From Prorocentrum cordatum (taxonomy: Eukaryota), in NCBI GenBank assembly GCA_963575745.1, contig CAUYUJ010000182.1, forward strand, positions 1 through 64,000: 64,000 bases of DNA. Direction: 5' to 3'. Shown piece by piece: positions 36,401 to 58,504 of this stretch. The position numbers and the translations under genes were made by a program. The notes under the pieces are model-generated. The model was not told where the DNA came from. It did not search any database and worked only from the letters and a program-made list of their open reading frames with translations. How positions within the stretch are numbered: position 1 is the first letter of the stretch; each line of letters opens with the position of its first letter.

Positions 36401-39400
36401 TCCACGACACGACCGCTTCTCATCCGGGCTGTGTACGGAGACTCGTTCAGGATCATTAGCCCATGCCGCCGAAACGTACGGTACGATCCCAGCATGTGCG
36501 AGAAACATGGATACCTGCTTATACCTTTGACTGCTGCCGACGTTCGTCACAGTCAAGATGGGCGGGTGGCTCCCTCGTGCGACGCAGCTACAGGCATCAG
36601 ACAATTCAACACAGTGGCCTACACCGTTGCGTTGTCTCCGTATGCATCCAAGAACCATGATCTCAAAGCATTGGCACCGGAGGACGTTTTTGAGAATCTA
36701 AGCTTCCATTGAGCCAAAGCTGGTTCGTCGAGATGCCGCTCGGGCACGCCTCGAGCAGACAACCAACTTCCCGACCTTTCTTCACCAGGGCGGTGTCTGA
36801 GATTTTGTTGGGAAGATGAACAGGTCGGTGTTTGGCGTAACTACATCTGTCCAGCTTCGACGGCAAATACTACGCAACTATGAGCTTCAGGCATTTGGAG
36901 GCGCATCCACACTGGATTTTGCCGACTGGACAGACATTCGCAGACAATATTCCACACTGGAACAACATCTGGCAGATTTTCGCAATCTCCGAGTCGCCTG
37001 ACAACATGCTATCGTGGCACGTCACCTATGACAGACGCCTGACAATGGTTCAGGTTGTGCCAACGCAGCGATCTGGCTGCGTCGACATACTGGAACCCAA
37101 ACAGTGCATCCAAGCTGGGTACCACGCGGACCGAATGGATGCCGCACTATGGGCGGAAGTTCGTCAGTCGCTTGGCTGGGAGGATGGCATCTGCCTCGTT
37201 TGCCACATGGGGCACAAGTCCAGATACGGTATGATAGGATTATGATAGGATGTTCAGTGTGTCGAGAAGACATTGCCTATGACGCCCTGCCGTACCAGCC
37301 CTGGACACTTGAGCCTGCAGTGGATTGGATGGCGGCTGGAATGGTGAAAGATCGGCGGACTGCGAACGTGCCCTATGAGCGCGGAGGCGGCAGACTGCGG
37401 ACACGGGCATCCTTGGTTCAGAACTGGGATCGTGCTCAGCAGAAGTGGCGGGACAATTCGAGGATGGACACCTCCGAGGGCGCGCTGACGCGATACCACG
37501 CCGCTATGGCGGGGAAGACCGCCACACTTTCGGCTGAAAGATCCGTGTTCGCCTGGATTCTGGCATCACCGCACGACAAGCGCCCTGCCCATGGCAACAA
37601 GGCGCGAGAGGTCAAAGCACACAAGCTGGCCCGACGATGGATGTCGTTCCAGGAACATCTTGGATTCCAACCCACTGGCAACGGTGCGACCTGCCCGACG
37701 TGGATGTGGTGGGCGTACCTATCACGACGGGTGGATCAGTCTGATTCCAGTGCGGAAATGGGTGTCTTGAGCGTCTTCGACTGGGACGCCACTGACCCTG
37801 AGGCCCGCGATGCCGCCGAGCCGGCCGCTGGATGGCCCCGATGGCGCCATGTTCATCGCGACAGCCTGCCGCTGGGACTTGATCAGCTTTGGCCAGAAAT
37901 CCAGCAGGAAATAGAGTCCTGTTGGTTGCCGAAGGAAGAGTGGCCTGGAGTCGAGGAAAATGAAGAAGAAGCAGAACACGATCGGGGCGCGCGTAGACGC
38001 CGCCCCGCCTCGGCGCGGCCATCGCCTCGTGCCCGTGGCAGACAAGGCAGATCGAACAGCCGCTGGCGCGTGCGTTCAGCGGATGCACCATAAGCATTCG
38101 GAGGACGCGCCATGCGCAGACGAACAAGCTCTCGAGTACCTCGCCAGTTCCAGGATATCCACCAGCCTGATCTCAGGCTATCGATCAACAAGTACCGCGT
38201 CACACAGGCGGCCCATGAGCTTGTCACGTACTTCGCGGCGATTGACGAGCCCCTGGTTTTCCATCAGGCAGGAGCTCACGCCTCCTGCGAAGACCAGATC
38301 CGCAAGATGTGGCACGAACCGCCCGATTTTTCCGTCTACGACCCCGACCTCTTCAACACCGGGACCAAATGGATGTCAGAACAGGCATGCAGGGCTGCAG
38401 TTGAGTTGACGAATGACTTCGATTGGACGCAGATCGTTGTGAACCACGCAGATGGCAGCGCCATGCGCGCCCATCTCACGGAGGTGAGGCAGTTCCGCGC
38501 GACACTGGTGCGCGAGCTCAACATTTTGAAGGTGCATCGCGAGATGCTGGGGCTGGTTCGCAAGGACATATTCAGAAACCGAACAGATTTGCCACGCGTC
38601 GCATCAGATGCGCCCCTTATCGAGGCGTGTATGGAATACGCGTTGCAGTCGCATGCGGCAGCGGTCACCCGTGGTCAGCGGGCCACGTTCGACACCTTCC
38701 AGCACTCAGCAACTGAAAGGTGGCCGTTGCATGTGTACGAGGCTGCCGTATATGCATTGAATGCGCGGAAGCAGCAAGGAGTGGCGCCACCCGAGTCTGA
38801 CGAGGAACGCCACCCTTCACGCGTGCCCATGGCACGAGGAGCACGGCGTCGCAAGCCCTCGGCGGTCACCGCCAGGGCTGCCCGTTCTGTCGGCCGCAAG
38901 CGCCCGCTCAGCCACTCGTCGGTACCTGGGGGCAGAGCGGCTGCGTTTCAGGCGGCTGCGTTCCCGCGCGCGGCTGGCGGCGAGGGCAGCGCGTCAAGTG
39001 GCGCTGCCCCGCCGCCGCCGGCAGCTGCGGGCGCGGGAAAGGGAAGGCGACCCCGAGAAAGAGGGGGCAGTCGTTCAGCTTCCCCTCCCTCGGTTCGCCC
39101 GTGCCGTTACGCGGACATCCGCCAGTCGGAACGCAGTGGCGCTGCGTCGTCGTCTTCCCAGCAGGTTCCTGTGTCCTCTCACCGCCCATGGCGCGAACAG
39201 GAGCAAAGCCGACCCCCTATCGACCGCGCCTGGGGTGCGTGGAGGGGCACTTCCAGTCGTGCCAGGAGCAAAGGACCGGGCGAAGATAACCGTGGCAAGG
39301 GACACTACGGCAGTTGGGCGGGTCGCCGTCATGACGACCGTGACCAATGGCGCCGCGACGGCGGACGGCATTGGCAAGCCCCAGACGCCAGACGCCTACG

Positions 39401-39503
39401 CGCCCATGGCGTTCTGGAGGCTAGGCCAGTGTACACACACACACACGCACATTCTCGGCCCATGGCCGTATGGTGCGCCACAAGTGCCAGGCGGGGCTGC
39501 TAG
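30460..39503 (+). pseudogene. ~9-kb intronless, frameshifted polyprotein relic: Pro-rich N-terminus, SGNH-like domain, Tpt1/KptA-like domain(s), Cys clusters, Arg-rich C-terminus
   Basis: Chain of abutting or overlapping + strand ORFs (30593-31351, 31702-31974, 31733-32506, 32801-33694, 33740-33964, 34005-34556, 34525-35301, 35434-36339, 36206-36712, 37104-38093, 38112-39503) with essentially no microsatellites. Motifs: LVSSDST..GGTL..IWNGSEL..DNWHF and LLRHSS..SGGWVEVDVLI..IRAVYGDS. Confidence 0.6.
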
Positions 39504-40967
39504 AGGCTGTGGGAGCTTCGACCCCGCGCTCATATGGCCGAACGGTGCATGCCGCGTGGCTGGCGGGGCTGCTGGCGGCTGTGAGGGCCCCGCGCCCGCG
39601 CCCGCTTTAATTCGACGCCGTCGGGAACGAATAGCCCCGATGGTGCTACGTCGGCCCTGGCCGGCCGCTGCGGCCGGGCCGCCGCGGGGGGAGTCGTTGC
39701 CATGCGCTCCCTGCCGCCGTCCTATGTACATACCAAACCTTGATTATACCGATAGTTGACCATAGCTATTTCGGACTGGAAAAGAGACCGCGCGCGTGCC
39801 CCGCGCGCGCACCTATAATACAACGCATCTTCCTTTCCATTTTGCTTAACGGACCATGCATCCTTTACTTTCTGCCCTGTCCTTGGACCCGCTAGCATGG
39901 ACCCCGACATCACGATCGGCAGTACCTGATGAGTTGAGCCCTGTTGGGCTTCAATAAATTGGGTAAGGATGGGAGGAGGAGGAGGAGGAGGAGGAGGAGG
40001 AGGAGGAGGAGGAGGAGGAGGAGGAAGAGGAGGGAAAGAGTAGACGGAGGTTCGAGCCCATGAGCCCGAGGAGGATGTGGAGGATGAGATTCCACGGTCG
40101 AAGAATAGGATTTTTCTCTTCTAGTCTGTCTGCTTTGGGAACTTCACGAGGCCCCTTCCGACACCATGACCGAGTCCGCCTCAACATTGCTGATGCCCTG
40201 CGAATGCCGACTTGCCCATCCATGAACGATCCCCGGGCGGTTTGCCTTGACCAAGGATTCGGAGGAGCACGGAGCCCAGGAGTGATCCGCACATGCCTTC
40301 GCGGATCTTTCCAAGGAGGAGTTTTGTTTGACGACGGCCGCACCACATGATCCACAAGCGCGACTGCTTACTGCAAATGTGGGGAAAAACAGTGAGAATA
40401 GAGAGCCGAGCGGAGGTCCCATAGCACGCAAATGCTGAAGGGGAGCCAGGGAGACGCCCCACACAGCCCCACACCCACTCAGAGCAAGGCTCAAACGATG
40501 CGCGAACACGCGCACCTAAAACACCTGGCAGCATGCACATTGGCGCGCCGCGCGTTCTGACATTCAGAGGCGGCGGGCGCCTGGGGGCAGCAAGGGGGCA
40601 CTGGGCCTGCTCTGTGCTGCCGCCCAGGGCCCTCAGATAACGACACGCACCGCGGGGCACCACTCCCATGGAGACAAACCTACCCCCACGCACGCCTGGG
40701 CGGGGGGGCGAAGGCTGTGGGAAGGATGGGTAGGGATCCCCCAATGAGCCGCCTGCAGGGGACCCGCGTCCCCGCCCGAGCCCTGGCGGGGTACCAGGTG
40801 GGCCAATTCCGAGGGGGACGCAACGTGGCGACGAGGGTGCAATTTTTTCTCCCCCAAGCCCCTACGGGCAAACACTGGCGACGAACGCGCTGCAACCCGC
40901 CTGTTTTCCTGGAACGCTCGGAGGCACCCAGTGGCACAGGTGCCAGCATTCCAAGTAGGAGGGGGGG

Positions 40968-41620
<653 letters not shown>

Positions 41621-42650
41621 GGCGCCCCGAAGCCCTCCGCCCTCCGTCGCCTCCCCCAGTCTCCCCACGAGAACATACATGCCCAGCATGTTTCGAAGAC
41701 GACCCGAGATGGGTTGCAAGAGGCCCCGCTGCAATCCATGTACTACCCCCGAGATGGGAATATTGCCCCAGTGTCTTACGTATTCGTGCAAGTTCGGCGG
41801 CTCAAAATGGTTCCGAGGCGTGCCCCGGGGTTCCACGAGGCCCCGAAGGGTCTCCGAGAGGGCTCCCAGACGTCCCCGAGACCCAGGATGCCCGCCAGGC
41901 ACGCCCCGGGACGGCTTCAAGACGGTCCTTAACCATCTCGATTCGTGCTGTCTCGGCTCACAAGTTGTCTACGCCACGACCTTGCGCCTACCCCCCCAAG
42001 TTCATATAAGTGCTCTGCGGAAGGCACACGTGCACCACCGTGTGTGCCCGACCAGGGCCGTCCTGCCTTTTTCTGTTGGGATGGTGTGCAGACTTCCCCG
42101 GCTTCGACCAGGAGGGCGTCGGGGCCCGGGGCGGCTCTGGCCGGGCATGCTGCCGGTGGTGTGCACCCATACCCTCGACGGCATGTTTTTTGTTCTGCAG
42201 CGCGGTCCCCCTCGAGGCCTCGACCCCTTCTGGGAGAGACCGCCTCTTCCTCCGTCTTCCGACGAGGCGCCCCGGCCGGGCGAGGAGCCCGGGCAGCACG
42301 ACAGCGGCCAGCATCGTGCCCATTTCGCCCGGAATCGCTCCGGGGAAAGCCTCCCCTGCAGAAGCTGCCTCCCAACGGATTGGGGCTGTATATGCCTTCC
42401 CAGACATGCGGTGTTCTGATGTTTTCCACACGGGCCCCGGGAAGTCCCAACCCTTCCCCCCCCGAGGCCGGCTTCTTTCGCATCCCGAGTCGCTTCCTGG
42501 ACGGCCCTGGGGCCCGGCGAGGGGGCCCCCCGGAGGCCGACGAGGGCCTCGAGAGCTCCCGCCGTTCCTCTGCCTCCGCGGCGCGAGCACGTCTGGGTTG
42601 CAGCGATGGGGGTGCACGCGTGCCTCCTGCGCGCTCCACTCGCGGCCAAC

Positions 42651-52383
<9,733 letters not shown>

Positions 52384-53759
52384 GCCCCGGGCGCTCCAGA
52401 GATGGCTGGAGGAGGAGGAGGAGGAGGAGGAGGAGGAGGAGGAGGAGGAGGAGGAGGAGGAGGAGGAGGAGGAGGAGGAGGAGGAGGAGGAGGACCACTT
52501 CTCCCTGGGGGCGACGCCCCTCACGGGGCGGCCGGGCGCGGGCATGCCCTCCCGCCCCCCTCCAGGGTCCGCTTCGATCCGGTCGAGCCGATTCGATGCC
52601 GATATCGACCAGCCAGAGATCCGATTCGATGCAGGGGTTCCAGAGGTCCGATGCGGCCCGACGCTCGCATTGCGCCACTGTGCATCGGGGCAAGGTGGAT
52701 CTAAGGCGATTCCGACGCCGTGCCGATGACGCCCGATCTCAAGGAGTGGCGTGGCGTCCAGGTTTGCTCATAGGCCTACCAAATACTAGCTGGCCGCTCT
52801 GCGGTTGATCGGGAGTTTCTGTGTATAGAAGAAGGGGCGTGCGTTTCTTGGCGAGAGGAGAAAGACCGAGAGGAGAATGAACGCACGGATCAGGAGGACG
52901 AGGCTCGCGAGGGGGAGGATCAGGAGAGTGAGGGTCACGCGAGTGAGGATCAGTCGAGCGTGGAGCAGGAAGGTGAGGATGTGGTGAATGAGGGCTAGGA
53001 GAGCTAGGACGAGGAGAATGAAGATCAGCAGGGTGAGGATCGGGCGAGTGTGGAGCAGGAGTTTGAGGATCAGCAGAGTGAGGATTGGCAGAGTGAGCAT
53101 CACGAGAAGAGCGAGGATCAGGATAATGAGAATGAGCATGAGCAAGGTGAGGATCAGGATCGTGAGGCAGGAGGGTGAGGGTGTGGAGAGCGAGAATCAG
53201 GAGAGTGAGTCATTATCATGATTGGGAATGCCTCGAGTGACAGCCCTGCTGGGATACGCCCGGCGCGCGCCCCGGAAATGGCCCCTGCAGGGGCGCGGTT
53301 GGGCCTGACCTACGACACGCCCAGCGCGCGCCCTGGAAATGGTCCATTTCGGCGCAGGTCGTGCGCCGGGGATCGACTTTGCGAGGATGTCTTGAGCGAT
53401 CGAGAGCCCTGCTGGGACACGCCTGGCGCGCGCCCCGGTCCTGGTCCTTGGGGGCGGGGTCCCTGCAAGTCGCATCTGAACATAAGAAATGCGTTTAGAT
53501 GCGATCGCGCCCTGGTGCAGGCGAAGAAGCCTATCGTATCTAGTTCTGTTCCCAACCCTCCTTGGTTGGGTATTCGTTTTGAACAAGGGACTGTGGTCTC
53601 CGCCTTCCTTCCTCCCGCCTCCCTCCCTCCTCCTGCGTCCTGCTTCCTGCTTTATTCCCAACCCTCCTTGGTTGGGTATTCGTTTTGAATAGATCACTGC
53701 TCGCGCGTCTCCTCCCGCCTCCCTCCTGCCTCCTGCCTGCCTCCTCCTGTCTTGCCTGC

Positions 53760-55080
53760 GGGGGGCTGCGATCTGTGAAACTGTCGTCACTTTCGAGGCC
53801 TGCTGGGGGGCCCAGCACAGTGACGCCACGCGCGGACCCAAATCAGACCTCGCCATCCCTGGGGGATTGCGATCTGCGAAACTGTCGCCACTTTCGAGGC
53901 CTGCTGGTGGGTCCAGCGGAGTGAGGCACCGCGCGGATCTGAGCAAGACCTCGCCGTGCCTGGGGGGCTGCGACCTGCGAAACTGTCGCCACTTTCGAGG
54001 GCTGCTGGTGGGTCCAGCGGAGTGAGGCACCGCGCGGATCTGAGCAAGACCTCGCCGTGCCTGGGGAGGCTGCGATCTGCGAAACCGTCGCGACTTTCGA
54101 GGGCTGCTGGTGGGTCCAGCGGAGTGAGGCACCGCGCGGATCTGAGCAAGCCTCGTCATGCTTGGGGGGCTGCGATCTGCGAAACCGTCGCTACTTTCGA
54201 GGGCTGCTGGTGGGTCCAGCGGAGTGAGGCACCGCGCGGATCTGAGCAAGACCTCGCCGTGCCTGGGGGGGCTGCGATCTGCGAAACTGTCGCCACTTTC
54301 GAGGGCCGCTGGTGGGTCCAGCGGAACCGCGCGGATCTGAGCAAGACCTCGCCGTGCCTGGGGGGCTGCGATCTGCGAAACTGTCGCCACTTTCGAGGGC
54401 TGCTGGTGGGTCCAGCGGAGTGAGGCACCGCGCGGATCTGAGCAAGACCTCGCCGTGCCTGGGGGGCTGCGATCTGCTCGCCACTTTCGAGTCGCGCGGA
54501 TCTGAGCAACGCTGCGATCTGCGAAACTGTCGCCACTTCGAGGGCTGCTGGTGGGTCCAGCGGAGTGAGGCACCGCGCGGATCTGAGCAAGACCTCGCCG
54601 TGCCTGGGGGGCTGCGATCTGCGAAACTGTCGCCACTTTCGAGGGCTGCTGGTGGGTCCAGCGTGAACCGCGCGGATCTGAGCAAGACCTCGCCGCGCCT
54701 GGGGGGCTGCGATCTGCGAAACTGTCGCCACTTTCGAGGGCTGCTGGTGGGTCCAGCGGAGTGAGGCACCGCGCGGATCTGAGCAAGACCTCGCCGTGCC
54801 TGGGGGGCTGCGATCTGCGAAACTGTCGCCACTTTCGAGGGCTGCTGGTGGGTCCAGCGGAACCGCGCGGATCTGAGCAATCCTCGCCATGCTTGTGGGG
54901 CTGCGATCTGCGAAACTGTCGCCACTTTCGAGGGCAGCTGGTGGGTCCAGCGGAGTGAGGCACCGCGCGGATCTGAGCAAGACCTCGCCGTGCCTGGGGG
55001 ACTGCGATCTGCGAAACTGTCGCTACTTTCAAAGGCTGGTGGCGGGTCCAGCGGAGTGAGGCACCACGCAGATCTTAACG
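53760..55080. repeat. ~101-bp tandem satellite, ~13-14 copies
   Basis: Unit CTGCGATCTGCGAAACTGTCGCCACTTTCGAGGGCTGCTGGTGGGTCCAGCGGAGTGAGGCACCGCGCGGATCTGAGCAAGACCTCGCCGTGCCTGGGGGG, with deletion variants. Confidence 0.95.
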
Positions 55081-55369
55081 GGACCTCGCAATCCTTGAAG
55101 AGTTGCGAGTCTCACGAATGCCGCTTGCAGAAATATATGATCCCATGTCACCTCATAATTTCCGTATAACGTCTCCCAAGTTATTCATGCCCCGCACTGC
55201 GCAAGGGTAGGGTACGTCGCCAGGGTAATTGTTAGATGCGCGCCCCCGGCCTGCGCGGGAGCGCCAATGTTTCAAACATGTATAAAACATTGGGACCGTA
55301 TCTGTTTTCGTCAAGAAAACATATATATATATATATATATATGATTGGAGATGATTCCAGTACAAACAA

Positions 55370-58300
55370 TATGTTGAATTAATTTGTTTATTTAAGTGAG
55401 TGTAATTAAACCGTATGAATAAATAAAATTAATAAAATTAATTGAATTATTTTAACTATTGAATTAATCTGAATACAATAAATAAAGTAGATAAAATAAT
55501 TGAATTAATTCAATCAGTTTTATTTATTTTATTTAGTTTATTTATTTTATGTATTTGTCTGGCCTCCCTGGAGGAAATCCTGGGGACCCTCATCCGCAGC
55601 CGAATTAATTTAATTAATTTAATTAATCCGTCTGAATTAATTTAATTAATCAAAATAGTTAAATTAATTCGGCGGCCTAAGCCCGGCGCGGCCTGTGTGA
55701 GGAGGCCAGAAAGATAAACAAAATAAATGAAATAAATAACATAAAAAATTAATTGGATTGATTTAATTATTTAATTAACCTGAATACAATAATTAAAATA
55801 AATAAAACAATTAAATCAATTCAATCAATTGTATTTTTTCTATTGATTTTAGTTGTTTTATGTATTGTATTTATTTTTCTGGCCTCCCTGGAGGAGATCC
55901 TGGGGACCCTCATCCGCAGCCGAATTAATCTAATTAATTTAACTAACCCGTATGGATTAATTTAATTAATTAAAAGAATTGAACTAATTCGGCGGCCTGA
56001 GCCCGGCGCGGCCTGTGTGAGGAGGCCAGAAATAAAATAAATAAATGAAATGAAATAAATCAAATAAATAAAATGAATTGAATTAATTGAATTATTTAAT
56101 TAATCTGGATAGAATAAATAAACTAATCAAATGTTTCAAGTCGTTTCATTTATTTTGTTTAATCTATTTACCTTATTTATTTTTCTGGCCTCCCTGGAGG
56201 AGATCCTGGGGACCTTCATCCGCAGCCGAATTAATTTAATTAATTTAATTAATACGTATGGAACAATTAAATAAATTTAAATAATTAAATTAACTCGGCG
56301 GCCTGAGCCCGGCGCGGCCTGTGTGAGGAGGCGTGAAAACATAAAATACTTAAATACATAAAATAATTATCATCTATAAAATTAATTGAATTAATTTGAG
56401 TATTTAATTAATCTGAATACAATACATAAAATGAATAAACTTATCAAATTACTTGTTCATTAATTTTATGTATTTTATATATTATTTTATTCAATTTATT
56501 AATTTTTCTGGCCTCCCTGGAGGAGACCCTGGGAATCCTCATCCGCAGCCCAATTAATCTAATTAAGTTAATTCATCCGTATGGGTTGATTCAATTAATT
56601 GAAATAATTAAATTAATTCGGCGGCCTGAGTCCGGCGCGGCCTGTGTGAGGAGGCCAGACAAATAAACAAAATAAATAAAATAAATTGAATTAATTTAAG
56701 TAATACATTAGTCTGAATACAATATATAAAATTAAAAAAAAAAAAAATAAATAAAGTAAAAAATAATTAAATTAATTCAATTCTACTTATTTTATTTATT
56801 GTATGTATTTTATTTATTTTTCTGGCCTCCCTGGAGGAAATCCTGGGGACCCTCATCCGCAGCCGAATTAATTTAATTAATCTAAGTAGTCCGTCTGGCT
56901 TAATTAAATTAATCAAAATAATTGAAACAATTCGGCGGCCTAAGCCCGGCGCGGCCTGTGTGAGGAGGCCAGAAAGATAAATAACATTAAAAAGTAAATA
57001 AAATGAATTGAATTAAATTAATTATGTAATTAATCTGAATCCAATAAATGGAATAAATAAAATTAATACATGAATTCAAGTAATTCTATTTATTTTATGT
57101 ATTTTATTCATGCCATGTTATTTAATTATTTTTCTGGCCTCCCTGGAGGAGATCCTGGGGGCCCTCGTCCGCAGCCGGATTAATTCGATTAATTTAACCA
57201 TTCCGTATGTATTAATTAAACTAATTAAAATAATTAAAATAATTCGGCGGCCTGAGCCCGGCGCGGCCTGTGTGAGGAGGCCAGAAAATATAATCTTCCA
57301 AATACATAAAATAAATAAATCAGTTGAATTAATTGAACTTATTCAATTAATCTGGATATAATAAATAAGATAATTAAAGTAATTCAACCAATTGTATTTA
57401 TTTTATGTATTTTATTCATGTTATTTTTTCTGGCCTCCCTGGAGGAGATCCCGGGGGCCTTCATCCGCAGACGAATTAATTCAATTAATTTCATTCATCC
57501 GTATGGGTTAATTAAATTAATTGAGCATAATTAGATTAATTCGGCGGCCTGAGCCCGGCGCGGCCTGTGTGAGGAGGCGAGAAAAATAAATGAAATAACT
57601 AAAATAAATAAAAGAAATAAAATAACTAAAACTTATTGAATTAATTTAATTAAATCATTAATCTGAATACAATAAATACAATAAATAAAATGATCAAATT
57701 AACCCAATTAATTTTATTTGTTTAATTCATTTTTCTGGCCTCCCTGGAGGCGACCCCGGGGATCCTCATCCGCAGCCCAAAAATTAAATTAATTTAAGTA
57801 ATCCGTATGGATTAATTAAATTAATTGAAATAATCAATTAATTCGGCGGCCTGAGCCCGGCGCGGCCTGTGTGAGGAGGCTAGAACATGAAAAAAAATAA
57901 TAAAAAAACAATTTAGAATAACTGACTCAATTTAATTTAATCTGAATGCAATAAATAAAAAAATAAATAATTAAAATAATTTAATCAATTATGTTTTTTT
58001 TTTTCCTTTTTTTTAAAAAAAATGTTTTTGCTTATTCTATGTATTTATTTTTTTTTCTGGCCTCCCTGGAGCAGATCCGGGGGATCTTCATCCGCAGCCG
58101 AATGAATCTAAAACGTTGAATTCACTCGGCGGCCTGAGCCCGGCGCGGCCTGTGTGAGGAGGCCAGAAAAATAAACAAAATAAACAAACTGAATAGAATT
58201 AGTTGAATTAATTTCGTTCAATTAATTTTATGTATTCTATTTATTTTATGTATTTAACTAATTTTACATATAATAACTAAAATAAATAAATAATTGAATT

Positions 58301-58497
58301 AGTTCAATTCATTTTATTAATTATATATATTTTATGTGTTTCATTGATTTTTTCTGGCCTCCCTCCAGGAAATCCTGGGGGCCTTTATTTTTCAACCGAA
58401 TTAATTTAAGTAGGTTAACTAATCCGTCTGGATTAATTAAATTAATTAAGACAATTAAATTAATTCGGCGGCCTGAGCCCAGTGCGGCCTCTGTGAA
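55370..58497. repeat. AT-rich tandem array of ten ~310-bp units with two conserved GC-rich cores
   Basis: Core A TCTGGCCTCCCTGGAGGAGATCCTGGGGACCCTCATCCGCAGCCGAATT at ~55558, 55878, 56184, 56507, 56821, 57133, 57429, 57734, 58056 and 58352. Core B AATTCGGCGGCCTGAGCCCGGCGCGGCCTGTGTGAGGAGGCCAGA follows each. Confidence 0.95.
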
Positions 58498-58504
58498 ACG
58501 ACGG

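Noticed and set aside
53197..55032. 611-aa minus-strand ORF
   Set aside because: Translation of the ~101-bp satellite cycling through frames.
55558..55712. HDV-like or hammerhead ribozyme in the array unit (minus strand GCC-TCCTCAC.., CGGATG)
   Set aside because: No P1 partner or convincing P2 exists, and there is no CUGANGA plus GAAA core on either strand.
55370..58497. CRISPR-like repeat/spacer array
   Set aside because: The spacers are homologous AT-rich sequences rather than unique, there are two alternating cores with a ~310-bp period, no cas genes are present, and the context is eukaryotic.
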